The notes below the pieces were generated by a model. It saw nothing but the letters and a program-made list of their open reading frames with translations. It ran no database searches and was not told the origin of the DNA. The translations under genes and the position numbers were made by a program. DNA of 60,424 nucleotides, the filler included, from Sphacelaria rigidula (taxonomy: Eukaryota), in the NCBI GenBank assembly GCA_964200075.2. It is 9 parts of 9 records of this genome, joined end to end, with 100 filler letters (N's around TTAATTAATTAA, not from the genome) between each part and the next. Parts side by side here need not be neighbours in the genome. Positions count along the whole stretch, not along the records: positions 20,178 to 26,802 come from CAXNAA020018978.1; positions 26,903 to 33,527 come from CAXNAA020018979.1; positions 33,628 to 40,252 come from CAXNAA020018980.1; 6 more parts are not named here. The stretch is one strand, 5' to 3'. Shown here piece by piece: positions 26,699-37,726 of this stretch; the first letter of the stretch is position 1, and every line of letters begins with the position of its first letter.

Positions 26699-26739
<41 letters not shown>

Positions 26740-26802
26740 CTCGGCCCGGACGGGCGGGGACGAAAGGGAAGTGGGTAGGGGGCCCGCCCGCCGCCCCCCA
26801 CC

Positions 26803-26902
26803 NNNNNNNNNNNNNNNNNNNNNNNNNNNNNNNNNNNNNNNNNNNNTTAATTAATTAANNNNNNNNNNNNNNNNNNNNNNNNNNNNNNNNNNNNNNNNNN
26901 NN
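26803..26902. other. Artificial scaffold-joining spacer 4
   Basis: Same N44-TTAATTAATTAA-N44 structure. Confidence 0.98.
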
Positions 26903-27581
26903 TGTAGGGATGCGAGGTCAATGGTCTTTATGGCTATGGCATGCATGATCATGAGTACACCCCCGGCCCCCCTCAAATGCCATGAGGCCCGCGCTTTTTT
27001 GCTGGGCTTTTGGGCATGAACATTTACCAGCGCCCATGTCTACCCGTTCAACCGAGTACCCAAGTATTTTGCTGATGTGCTGCTGCATAGCAATCGCTCG
27101 CTTCGTCAATAATGATACTTGGCTGTTTGGTTTGTCCAATCATTCCTAGCTGGGTCGCGCTGTGTGACCTGCAAGGTGGGAGTTTGTTTTTTTGTAATAT
27201 ATCAATGCGTCGGGTCCCTTTGGTACGGCTGGACATCCTTTGGTTTGACGATGAGCTTCGCATGTTTCAGTAACACCATCATCCTGCCATATATCTATAC
27301 TAGTCCTTGATCCACTTCCGAACCCTTTGCAGTGGTGGAGAGGATGCACCGTTCGTCGAAATCATGTTACAAATGGTGCTGTAGTTTGGGTAAGCTCACA
27401 TGGGGCATCGTCGGAGTTGAATCGAGGCATATGCGTTTTCTCCGAAGCATAAATGCAATTTTTCCTCTAAAGCGTTCCAGCTTGCTTCCACCCATGGCTG
27501 ACGAGGTATTCCTCCCCGTCATGCTGTTTGTGCTACCGTGCACAGGTAGTCATCGGAGGGGCGTTACCGGAGACGCTGTTG

Positions 27582-27826
27582 ACCAACGTTTTGTGGAGAA
27601 AGTGTGTCAAGAACGGCTGCTCCAAGCGGCCATCCCACGGTTTACAGGGCTAGAGGACGGAGGTCTGCTCAAAGCACGACAGGACGGGAATGGTAGATTT
27701 GGTGTGACGAACGTGCGGCGATTAGAGCTGCTTCAAGAGGCCGTCCTATGGTGTACCGGGAAGCACGAAAGCTGAGTTCTGCCTCAAGCATGCTAGGGCG
27801 GGAATGGTGAATGTGACAGCAAGACG
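27582..27826 (+). pseudogene. Two disrupted EsV-1-7 repeats upstream of the open array
   Basis: Reads TNVLWRKCVKNGCSKRPSHGLQG*RTEVCSKHDRTGMVDLV*RTCGD*SCFKRPSYGVPGSTKAEFCLKHARAGMVNVT; stops at 27651, 27705 and 27723, and a 1-nt frameshift near 27815-27820 into the long ORF. Confidence 0.8.
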
Positions 27827-27844
27827 TGCGGCGACGAGGGTTGC

Positions 27845-30064
27845 TTGAAAAGGCCGCCCCTTGGTGTAGCGGGAGGCATAAGGGCGGAGTTTTGCTCCAA
27901 GCATGCCAGGACGGGAATGGTGAATGTGACAGACAAGAAGTGCGGCGACGAAGTCTGCTTCACTTTTCCATCTTTCGGTGCAGCGGGAAGCAAGGCGGAG
28001 TTCTGCTCCAAGCATGCCAGGACGGGAATGGTCAATGGTAGGAAAAGGTGCGGCTACGAAGGCTGCTTCACGGTGCCGTCTTTTGGTGTTGCGGGAAGCA
28101 AGAAGGCGGAGTTCTGCTTCAAGCATGCTAGGGCGGGAATGGTGAACGTGAGAGACAAGAAGTGCGGATACGAGGGCTGCTTCACGTTGCCGTCGTATGG
28201 TGTAGTGGGAAGCAAGAAGGCGGAGTTCTGCTCCAAGCATGCTAGGGCGGGAATGGTGAGTATGAAGAACAAGTGCGGATACGAGGGCTGCTTCACGTTG
28301 CCGTCGTATGGTGTAGTGGGAAGGAAGAAGGCGGAGTTCTGCTCCAAGCATGCTAGGGCGGGAATGATGAATGTGACAGACAAGAAGTGCGGCTACGAGG
28401 GTTGCCTCAAGAGGCCGTCTTTTGGTGTAGTGGGAAGCAAGAAGGCGGAGTTCTGCGCCAAGCATGCTAGGGCGGGAATGACGAATGTGACAGACAAGAA
28501 GTGCGGATACGAGGGCTGCTTCACGTTGCCGTCTTTTGGTGTAGCGGGAAGCAAGAAGGCGGAGTTCTGTTCCAAGCATGCTAGGGCGGGAATGATGAAT
28601 GTGAGAGACAAGAAGTGCGGATACGAATGCTGCTTCACGTTGCCGTCTTTTGGTGTATCGGGAAGCAAGAAGGCGGAGTTCTGTTCCAAGCATGCCAGGG
28701 CGGGAATGGTGAGTACGAAGAACATGTGCGGCTACGAGGGCTGCTTCACGTTGCCGTCCTTCGGTGTAGCGGGACGCAAGAAGGCGGAGTTCTGCTTCAA
28801 GCATGCCAGGGCGGGAATGGTGAGTATGAAGAACAAGTGCGGCTACGAGGGCTGCTCCACGCGTCCGTCGTATGGTGTAGCGGGAAGCAAAACGGCGGAG
28901 TTCTGCGCTAGGCATGCCAGCATGGGAATGGTGAATGTGACAGATAAAAAGTGCGGCTACGAGGGCTGCTCCACGAGGCCGTCGTTCGGTGTAGCGGGGA
29001 GCAAAGAGGCGGAGTTCTGCTTCAAGCATGCTAGGGCGGGAATGGTGAACGTGAGAGAGAAGTGCGGCTACGAGGGCTGCTCCACGATGCCGTCCTTCGG
29101 TGTAGCGGGGAGCAAAACGGCGAAGTTCTGCTCCAAGCATGCTAGGGCGGGAATGGTGAACGTAAAAAAGTGCGGCCACACGAGTTGCCCCACGAATCCG
29201 TCGTATGATGTAGCGGGAAGCGAAAAGGCGGAGTTCTGCGCCAAGCATGCCGGGGTGGCAATGATGAGTGTACAGAAGAGGTGCGGCGATCAGGGCTGCT
29301 CCACGCATCCGTCGTATGGTGTGGTGGGGAGCAAGAAGGCGGAGTTCTGTTTCAAGCATGCCAGGGCGAGAATGGTGAACGTGAGGAACGAGAGGTGCAG
29401 GGAATCGGGATGCTCCACATCGGCTCTCGACAAAAAGCCTAATGTTGATAGAGCAAAGTTTTCCCGACAGCATCTTATTGAACACAGCACAGCTATGGCG
29501 TCGAACACCACGAAGGTCAACACTGGGGAGGGCTCCATCGGCCGTAGTGCGAGGGAGGGTGGTGGAGAAAGCGTTGCTAACTCACGCGAAGTAAAGCGGA
29601 AGCGCGCAGTATCGTCGGCTTCTCTTGCAAACGACAGTGTTGGTACTCGCCGCAGGGTGTGCACTGGTCCCCGGCAGGGTGCACGAACGCCATTGTTTCC
29701 AGGACACCCACCTTTGCTCTCGGTATACCCACCCTCGACGACCGATGATTTGTCTTCAGGAGTAACAGCAGGAGCAGCAATGAAAATTGAGCTGTCAGTC
29801 CCTACTGCTGATGGTGATGGCGATTGGGTGAGGGAGTGTCGCAGGCAGGTCGCGCCGTTGAGAGTCGAAAGCAGAAAACGTGGTAGCAATGGCATCAACA
29901 GCGTTATCGGGAGCACGGGGCGACTCTGTGGTTCGCCGGCTGTGGTACCTGGATACCTGGGTACATTTGATCATAAGGCTTTTGAAGGGGCAGGGGATAA
30001 TTCGAATGTTAAGTTAGAGCTTGGAGTGTCTGGTCCCGCTGCTCGGACGTCCGATACGTGGTAG
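27845..30064 (+). CDS. EsV-1-7 cysteine-rich (C3H) repeat protein: 14 intact repeats, 1 degenerate repeat and a low-complexity C-terminal tail
   Basis: Repeats of consensus KCGYEGCxxxPSFGVAGSKKAEFCxKHARAGMVNV (C-x4-C...C-x2-H, 36-38 aa) match the EsV-1-7 motif of brown algae and their viruses. Frame open from 27797 to TAG at 30062-30064; first in-frame ATG at 27917; true start uncertain. Confidence 0.88.
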   Translation: MKRPPLGVAGGIRAEFCSKHARTGMVNVTDKKCGDEVCFTFPSFGAAGSKAEFCSKHARTGMVNGRKRCGYEGCFTVPSFGVAGSKKAEFCFKHARAGMVNVRDKKCGYEGCFTLPSYGVVGSKKAEFCSKHARAGMVSMKNKCGYEGCFTLPSYGVVGRKKAEFCSKHARAGMMNVTDKKCGYEGCLKRPSFGVVGSKKAEFCAKHARAGMTNVTDKKCGYEGCFTLPSFGVAGSKKAEFCSKHARAGMMNVRDKKCGYECCFTLPSFGVSGSKKAEFCSKHARAGMVSTKNMCGYEGCFTLPSFGVAGRKKAEFCFKHARAGMVSMKNKCGYEGCSTRPSYGVAGSKTAEFCARHASMGMVNVTDKKCGYEGCSTRPSFGVAGSKEAEFCFKHARAGMVNVREKCGYEGCSTMPSFGVAGSKTAKFCSKHARAGMVNVKKCGHTSCPTNPSYDVAGSEKAEFCAKHAGVAMMSVQKRCGDQGCSTHPSYGVVGSKKAEFCFKHARARMVNVRNERCRESGCSTSALDKKPNVDRAKFSRQHLIEHSTAMASNTTKVNTGEGSIGRSAREGGGESVANSREVKRKRAVSSASLANDSVGTRRRVCTGPRQGARTPLFPGHPPLLSVYPPSTTDDLSSGVTAGAAMKIELSVPTADGDGDWVRECRRQVAPLRVESRKRGSNGINSVIGSTGRLCGSPAVVPGYLGTFDHKAFEGAGDNSNVKLELGVSGPAARTSDTW

Positions 30065-31685
30065 GTGACACCCTTGTGGGAGCCGTCACTCAGATTACTC
30101 GGAAAGTGTTTCGGTGTGTCTTGTGTATGTTGTCCACAATCTCAAGTGATCAATCGTCGGCATGGTGTTTTCTCTCGTTTTATTGCGAAACAGTTTGTGA
30201 GGTCATTGGGTTCCTGACATAACTGTGGTCTAGCCAGATGAAGGTTCCAGCGTGTGATTGAGAATGAGAACTCACAAGAGAGGAAATCCTGACAAGTTCA
30301 TTCATTCCTTGAAGAGCGAGGATCGCGTAGGAATAGTTTCACACGCTGAATGTCCGAAGACACTTGAGGTTTTCCAGTGACTGGGGGGGGGTTGTCTGTC
30401 CGCAGAGCAGCCGAAAGCCTCACAAGTCAACCATGTGTGTTTGGAGAGTTCCCGCGGAAGATTCTAAGCCAGGAACACGAGAGGCGCGGAATGACCATTC
30501 TGACCGATCGCGGCCGTCAAAATGAGCAAGTAGTCCGCCTACGGGTCGACCACGTGCTGTCCACGGGCATTTCTCATTTTGGTCATGGCAATTCAACCAT
30601 AGATTTCATGGGTACATATGACTTGTTTTGACCTCTGCTCGAGGTCTGTGCCGCCTGTCTGGCGCCTGATGTGTTGGCAGCATGGCTTCACGCCGTCTGT
30701 AGTGCTGTTGTCGAACGCAAAGAGCCTGGGTACTCATGTGTATGTGAAACACAGAAACCTCGACTACGTGAAGGAGCGAGAATCGATCACAGTATTTATA
30801 TTTCTTTAGGTGAGCCAGACTCTCGTTGAAAGCGGTGCCGACTCCATTTTCAGGACAGCGTCTCAGGTTTTACTTCAGCTGAAGTCTCGAGGATTGTATT
30901 GCGAATCCATGTGGTTCAGATGCCAGACGTAGTCAACCACCCGAAACTGTAAAGTTGGTTGGCGTGTTATAAACGTAGTACGAGACTCGAAGCAAGGACT
31001 GACGCTTTGTCAAGCGACTGTACAAGGATCACCGCGAGTCGAGGAAATCGAATGTGTTATGGTAAACGCCAAGGACGACGTGGTGATTGAGTATTGAAGA
31101 TACTTGCAGACCGCCCCGCACCGTATGGGAGGGTGCACTCGCAGGGAGCACCAGTTTACCTCACGAAGTGTGGTACACACGTCAACAATATTTCACACCC
31201 TGTAAACACATCATTAAATTCCTTTGAGGCCCTAGGCCGAAAAGGGTTCTACTGGACCGAAATTCAAAAAGTGTCCCATCTTATCCTATCCTATCCGTCC
31301 GCTCTCACAACGAAGGCCAGAAACACGCACTGTTTTTTCTCGAATGGATTCGAAGCCGCGCTGCGCGAAGAAACCATCCCATCGCTCTTCTAACATCAAT
31401 CGAGATGCCGTCAAGAAGTTTCAGCTCCATTGGTGCTCATGGCGTTGTGTGTCGCTTCTGTCTGTGAGCGATCTCAAGAACAGCCCAGCTCGACCCCTTT
31501 GGACCAGCGCTGGTCTTGATTCAACTTCTCAGACTTGACTGTCACAACTTCAAACGAGGCACTTTTGGAGGTTGGAGGCATCACACGCAGCAACCGGCTC
31601 TCCGAATCACTTTAAAACGCCTCAAGAAGATTCAGCTTCATTGCTGCTTTCTTCTTTGTCTTCGCTTGTGCATGCCGACGCCGTC

Positions 31686-32925
31686 CGTGGCTGAGATGGG
31701 AGGGGGTGTTAAAGTACGTGATCTCGATTCGAACTACTCCCCGTGTGCCCACTGTCGACAAACGGTGAACGTACGGGAGCTTCTGGTCGCAACGTCCGCG
31801 GGCGGCGGAGACGTGTCTCGGCTTCCACGGTCACAAATGGAGACTGTACAGGTGCGACCTTGTACTGCTGAACTGTCTGTGCTTGCAGAGCTGCGCACGG
31901 GGTTTGACAAGCGAATAAGAAGTGTTGACGCCGTATCCTGGTGCGCCTTTATTTTTTATCGCTAGAAGGGTTCAGCAGTCCCTTTCCCTCGTCGACCGTG
32001 GAGTCGAGTTTTGTGTACCCACGACATGGTCGCTCTCCACTGTAGTATGAACCTGTATCTCCTCGAGAAAAGAGGCGTCTCTATATCCCCACTCACCACG
32101 CCAAAACGTTCATATGTGGGCGCGTCAGCCGGGGTCATACAGGAGGAAGGTCAACACAGGATTTTTCTTTTTTTTGTTTGTTTTCAGTAATCCACCTTCC
32201 GTCTGCGGCGCTTGCCTCTATTTTTCATCGCAAGATGGGTTCAGCAGTCTCTTTCCCTCGTCGACCGTAGAGTCGAATTTTGTGTACCCACGACATAGTC
32301 GCTCTCCATCGTAGTATGGACTTGTATCTCCTCGCGAAAAGAGGCGTCCCTATATCCCCACTCACCACATCAAAACGTTCCATGTCTATATGTGGTTCAA
32401 CCAGCCAGGTTACCGCCCCTTCCCGCCGCCACCCGTTGGCTGAGATGGGAGGGGGTGTTAAAGTACGTGATCTCATTGATTCGAACTACTCTCCGTGTGT
32501 CCACTGTCGACAAACGGTGAACGTACGGGCGCTTCTGGTCGCAACGTCCGCGGGCGGTGGAAACGTATCTCGGCTTCCACGGTGACAAATGGAGACTGTA
32601 CAGGTGCGACCTTGCACTGCTGAACTGTCTGTGCTTGCAGAGCTGCGCTTCGAACGGGGTTTGACAAGCGGATAAGAAGTGTTGACACCGTATCCTGGTG
32701 CGATGCTAATTTTATGCTGCACTACAGTCTGTGTATGTTGTCGTTCCATCTATTCTGGGGGTTGGTTTCAAGGCACATATGTTCGAATTTCGTGTTGTGT
32801 GTGTTGTCGTCCCATCTATTCTGGGCGCCGATCTACACCTTTCGGTATATGTGGGCGCATCAGCCGGGGTCACACAGGAGGAAGGTCAACACAGGAGCGT
32901 TTCTTTTTTTGTTTGTTTTCAGTAC
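31686..32925 (+). repeat. Mosaic duplication of three modules (A-B-C-B'-A'-C')
   Basis: A 31686-31945 matches 32436-32703; B 31967-32112 matches 32236-32385; C 32113-32190 matches 32848-32925. Sequence 32805-32882 recurs inverted at 40353-40435. Confidence 0.8.
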
Positions 32926-33527
32926 TCCCCCTTGTTAGAAAATGAGGCTGTGGAGCCATGCTCTTCAACGCTTCGTGTGGTATTGACTTTATATATGTAG
33001 TGTTTGGATCGCAGGTACCGGTCACGAAGGTTTGGTTTGATGTGGGGGCGTATAATGTGGGATAGCAGCTGTGATACATGAAGTACTCTCCTCGGTTGAT
33101 CGTTCAACACGGTGCGTTGTTTGGACTGCCTTGCCCGCAAGAGGCACCTTGAATATCATCTTCTGTCTACACTCCAAAGCAGCTTGTCTGCTTGCTCGGC
33201 CTAAGTGCCATTGCGCCAACTCTGGCGATCACGTCAAAGGGATCATCGCGACACTTTTCTCACAGGTTTAATGAGCCTCGTCGCTGGCGTTCACGGAGCG
33301 AACTTTGGAAGGAGGGAGACAGCAGCAAAAAGGAAGGATCTTTGCTGAAAAACAACGTGAGTTGAGTCAACGTAACGACAGCACTTCATCTGTGTGGGTC
33401 TGGCACTGGCATTGCGACAGTGTGTCATGAAGTGAGGGCGGCACGTTTCTGTGCGCACCTCACACGTGGACAGATAGCACCCTGTGGAGGGGGTCTACAG
33501 GGTTTACGTACCCTGCGCAGTGTTTCT

Positions 33528-33627
33528 NNNNNNNNNNNNNNNNNNNNNNNNNNNNNNNNNNNNNNNNNNNNTTAATTAATTAANNNNNNNNNNNNNNNNN
33601 NNNNNNNNNNNNNNNNNNNNNNNNNNN
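33528..33627. other. Artificial scaffold-joining spacer 5
   Basis: Same N44-TTAATTAATTAA-N44 structure. Confidence 0.98.
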
Positions 33628-34229
33628 AACAGAGGGCTAAGCAGAACTCATGCTCTAGCTCCGTCTCTCGTCCCACAGCGTTGCCGGATTCAGTCGCCTT
33701 GTGAACATGACCACATATATGATGGGGTACATTTATTCCCGCATTTTCCCCGAGCACGACATGTTAGTGCTATCGACTAGAACTTACTATAGGATGGTGA
33801 CCCAAAAAGAATCGGGGGATGGGAGGTCGGGCCTACATAAAATGCAGGTAAATGATGAAAAAAACGGGAATCTGTCCCCCGAGAATATAGGCTTTCTTTT
33901 GCTTCGGAGGCTTTTGTTTGGGCCAGGGACAGGGTACACCAACTTTGCAGTGACATCACTCCNNNNNNTGTTTGTCATTATTTTACTAACACGTCGTGAA
34001 CGTGGTGTTAGTGAGCTTCAGTCCCAAAAGGGTTAATTGTCTATGTCCGGGCTATGTTATGGCAGGTGAAAGAAAAAGGAGGGTGAGCTTCTCCATTTAA
34101 CAATGGATCCTGGAAAATGGGGTCCACCTCAAGAATGAGGTTCAAGTGGCATTCATTTTTTGCAGGGATGACGAGAAACACTTACAACCGAGCGAAGCCA
34201 TCTTCCCCCCCGAATGTCCGCAGCAGTTA

Positions 34230-34425
34230 AGCAGCTGTGGCTAGGTGCACCTCACGAATGCGATGTACACACGTGTCGATGACGATATCCCCAGAGAGAG
34301 AAGCAACGACAGAAAGGAAGCTCCTCGCCTGTGTCCTTTGTGTGTCCTCGCTCGGCGATTACCAAACTCTCGAGAGACTGGTATCACCGATGTTACCAGC
34401 ATGTGCCCGATTTACCATGTGCCGA
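34230..34425 (+). repeat. Segment present three times in scaffold 6 (here; inverted at ~36820-36945; direct at ~39847-40030)
   Basis: Shared core tgtggctaggtgcac...gtcgatgac...aagctcctcgcc...tgtgtcc. Confidence 0.7.
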
Positions 34426-35192
34426 AACATCGAGCTGCGGAGAGATTTTCTCTCGTCTTACAATTGCCTGTCGAGCTTACGAATGCGAAGATCGATTTTT
34501 CTCTGCCTCTCCTTTTGGAGAGGACCCGCTTCTGTGCGCTGACAAACATGTCGTTGAAAAACAGGGCAATTTTCCCGTCATCGCTACTACTGTCCTCTGT
34601 CACACACATGCCAGCAAGGGCGGTTGTGCGGCAATAACACATAGATTCAACTTCAACTTGAGAGGTGTTATTCATCATTGAGTTTACCCACATCTGACCC
34701 TCTGGGTGCCCGACGAGAACAGCCTGCCACACGCCAGTTGAGGGGGGTGTATGAGAGATCAAAAACTTGTAGAGATCTTCTTGACATGCGGAGTGGAAAA
34801 AAATACCTATGGTGGTGACGTAACTGTTGCTAGTGTGGCGCATAGAAGTCCGTCCATGCTGCAATCTGGAGCACACGCTGGTCGCGTGAACACCTCCGTA
34901 CAGTACGGGTAGCTTTCCAGAATTATTCCGATATGAGGAGGTCATGCATTACAAGCTGGGACAAGAGTGCTCTACGATCAACCACTTATCGTTGCATTTG
35001 AGACCCACGCCATCAACAGCCGACAGCAAAGGCCTTGTGGCTTTCACGCAACGCTGTCGGTAGTACGGCAGGCAAACCCGAGCATAGCTAGCTTTCGTTG
35101 CTGCCGTACTTACTACCGACCGAAGTTCGCAACGGGTATGAAAGCTAAACAGTTGATTTTTCTCAAGTTTATTCACCCAATTCAAACGACTC

Positions 35193-36369
35193 TCAAGACC
35201 GGGATCTCCATGCTGGCACCGCCTCAGATTTCGAACCCGGAAACGAGTGCGATGAGATGGTCTGCTGCACGCCACCAGTACAAACGACCGGTTCTGGTGG
35301 CAACGTCGCCCCCCCGCTGGGAGCACTTTGTCCATCGGCTGAAAAGACAGCCCTTGTAGGGGCGGGACTTGTGCCCCCTCCGCGAGGCACCTGTCCAGGG
35401 CCCTGCAACAGCTGCTGTTGTTGCTGCTGCTTGTCGCCAGCCTTCGTCTGCCCACCGTCACTACGTTGTGTAGCAGCAGCCTGGCTTTGCTGCTTGCAAT
35501 CCTTCCGGAAATGACCCTTGTCTCCACATATGAAACCTCTTGCATAGCTTGGGCCTGGTTTGCGGGTTTCCCGGAACTGGCAGTCCCATTTCAACTGCTC
35601 GCCGTTTTCCCGCCATTTGGTTGGCGCTTGCTTCCGGAAGTCCCGCTGCCACTCCTTTGTTTCAGCTGCAGCTGCTGACGGCGCTGCTTATCCTCCACTT
35701 CCACCGTCTTCCATGCCTCCGCTGCTTCCCGAGCCGTGTGAAACACAAACCCAGGGTCCTTCTTCCACCCCCCTTCATGTTCAACATGTTGAGGACTTTA
35801 GTTTTGAAATAGAGGGGGGTCAGTCCATTCAACATTCCCCGAGTGATGATTTGAGCGGGTCCTGGTTTGAAATCTGCATCATCGCGGAACGCACGCTCAG
35901 CGCTTGCATTCTCCGCAAAAGATTGCTCCAGGGCACCCCACTGCTCTTCTACTCTTCCCATTGCAGTTTGGTCGTTGCGGGCCGCCAACGCTTTCCGCAC
36001 ACCACCAGTCGCAACTGAAGGATCAATCTCTTCATCCTCCCAACATTTCGCGTGTCGGCCTAGTGCCTCCTTGAGATCATCTTCGTCAAGCACGGATCCG
36101 TCAAAAATCGTGCGTGACAAATACGCACGGATATGCTTCGGTACCAGTTCAGTAACAATCAGTGAGACGGCCTGCATACTACGTCCTTTGTTCATTTTGA
36201 CCGCCTCTTCATACTCGACGCATTTCTGATAAAAACGTCGGGACGCATTTTCGCTAAAATGCCGTCAGTACTCTGGGGCTTTCAGCGACCCTGCAGGCAT
36301 AAGCTCAGTGAACTTAAACTTCACCTCTTCGCCCGCATCGCCATCACCCACTTTCTTGCGCGTTGCCAT
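35193..36369 (-). mobile_element. Degenerate LTR-retrotransposon gag remnant with zinc knuckle
   Basis: MATRKKVGDG... (ATG at 36369) with an internal stop and frameshifts, helical core (35662-36195 ORF), then knuckle GFICGDKGHFRKDC (CX2CX4HX4C with the first Cys lost) and a Q/P-rich tail. No pol or LTRs recognised. Confidence 0.6.
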
Positions 36370-37272
36370 AGCTGCACGCAACAGTTTCAGCCAGCCTAGC
36401 CGTCTCTCTGTTGTCAGCGAGCTCCCTCACTTTACAGAGTGCACACTCCTGTGTACAAAGTATGATATAATTTTTCCGCAGCTGCCCACAGCTAAAAAGT
36501 CTCTTCCAGAAATCAGCTGGTTTCTCTTAATAAACGTTTATTTTAGAGCCCTCCTGGACTCAGAACAAGGTCACAACATTGTTCCAAGGGCTTTCTCCCT
36601 CACTAGGGCCTGGAGACTTCAAGACAGCTGTTATTCATAAACACACCGCCTTCGTTATCAGAAGTAACCACATGCGTGAAGTATGTGATGTTCCAATCCA
36701 CATAGTCTGCCGATCAGACCCGCAAGTCCGTCAACCAATAGAAAACGCCTACAGCAGATTGTTCCACTTGTAGATCATCATGAACCTGCACGTACGTGTA
36801 CTGGAGGTGGACTACTTTACAGGACGCACAAAGGACCTGGGCGAGGAGGTTCTTCTCTGCCGTTACTTGTCCGGTGGTATGGTCATCAACGCGCATGTAC
36901 ACCGCATTTGTTCGGTGCACCTAGCCACAACTGCTGAACTGCTGCAGATTTGTTTTTTGGGGGAAATGGTTCCCTTTGGTGTAACTGTTTCGCGCCATTT
37001 CTGCAAACAAATTATACCGCTTGGACCCCATTTTAGTGTTCAACGGCAAAATTTCGAATAGACTGTTTATTGGGGCGTAGGGAACTATGCGGGGGGTTCT
37101 AGCACAACATGCCCTGTACAACCAGAACAGCCCTGGGCGTCTGGAGGGAGATGGGCCCCAAATCAGCCGAACCCGCCTCGAACATGGACTCTGACCTGAA
37201 GAGGTTGGGATCCCCACTTATTATCATGGGGTACGTCTACGCCCTAAATATTGGCCAGGTCTACACTACCTC

Positions 37273-37347
37273 GCCCCGGTGGTGTAGTGGTCCGACTGTC
37301 GCCATTAGGGTGGAGAGAATGGGCGTTCGATTCCCGATGCGTTGGGC
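37273..37347 (+). pseudogene. tRNA-Pro(AGG)-like pseudogene or SINE head
   Basis: A-box TGGTGTAGTGG; anticodon-arm-like TCGCCATTAGGGTGGAGAG (compare tRNA-Pro TCGCTTAGGGTGCGAGAG); B-box GTTCGATTCCC; gccc/gggc ends followed by TTTTT; stems imperfect. Confidence 0.5.
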
Positions 37348-37726
37348 TTTTTCTTCGTAATGTATGATTTCCGCCGTGGAAAACGTGAGAACGTGAGTAA
37401 ACAAAGTAATCGACTGGATTTGGGTGACGTGAGTTAACGCGGTGCGGGAGTGCCGACCCGATCCGCGTGACCAAAATGAAACGCGCGTACAGGGGGAGAG
37501 ATGGGATGATTCCTTGAGACCACGGACTCATCCCGAGGAAGGGGGGGGTTCAAAAATTTGAGAAAGTACATATATATATATTAGAATACCGGCGTCGATG
37601 TGTCGATTTCATTGTTCGCGGGAGAGGTTTCACAAGACAACTGAATCTTCATGCCATCGACGACTCCATTCACGAACACCTACGGCTTTTCGATGTGGAA
37701 CGGATAACACCTCAAAACATTCCACA

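Noticed and set aside
27746..29485. 579-aa antisense ORF with HHSRP repeats
   Set aside because: Shadow of the EsV-1-7 array; a stop-free repeat unit stays stop-free when amplified, and the plus strand matches a known motif
27827..30064. Endogenous phaeovirus (EsV-1-like provirus)
   Set aside because: No NCLDV core genes or gene-dense viral organisation on this scaffold; EsV-1-7 repeats are also a host gene family
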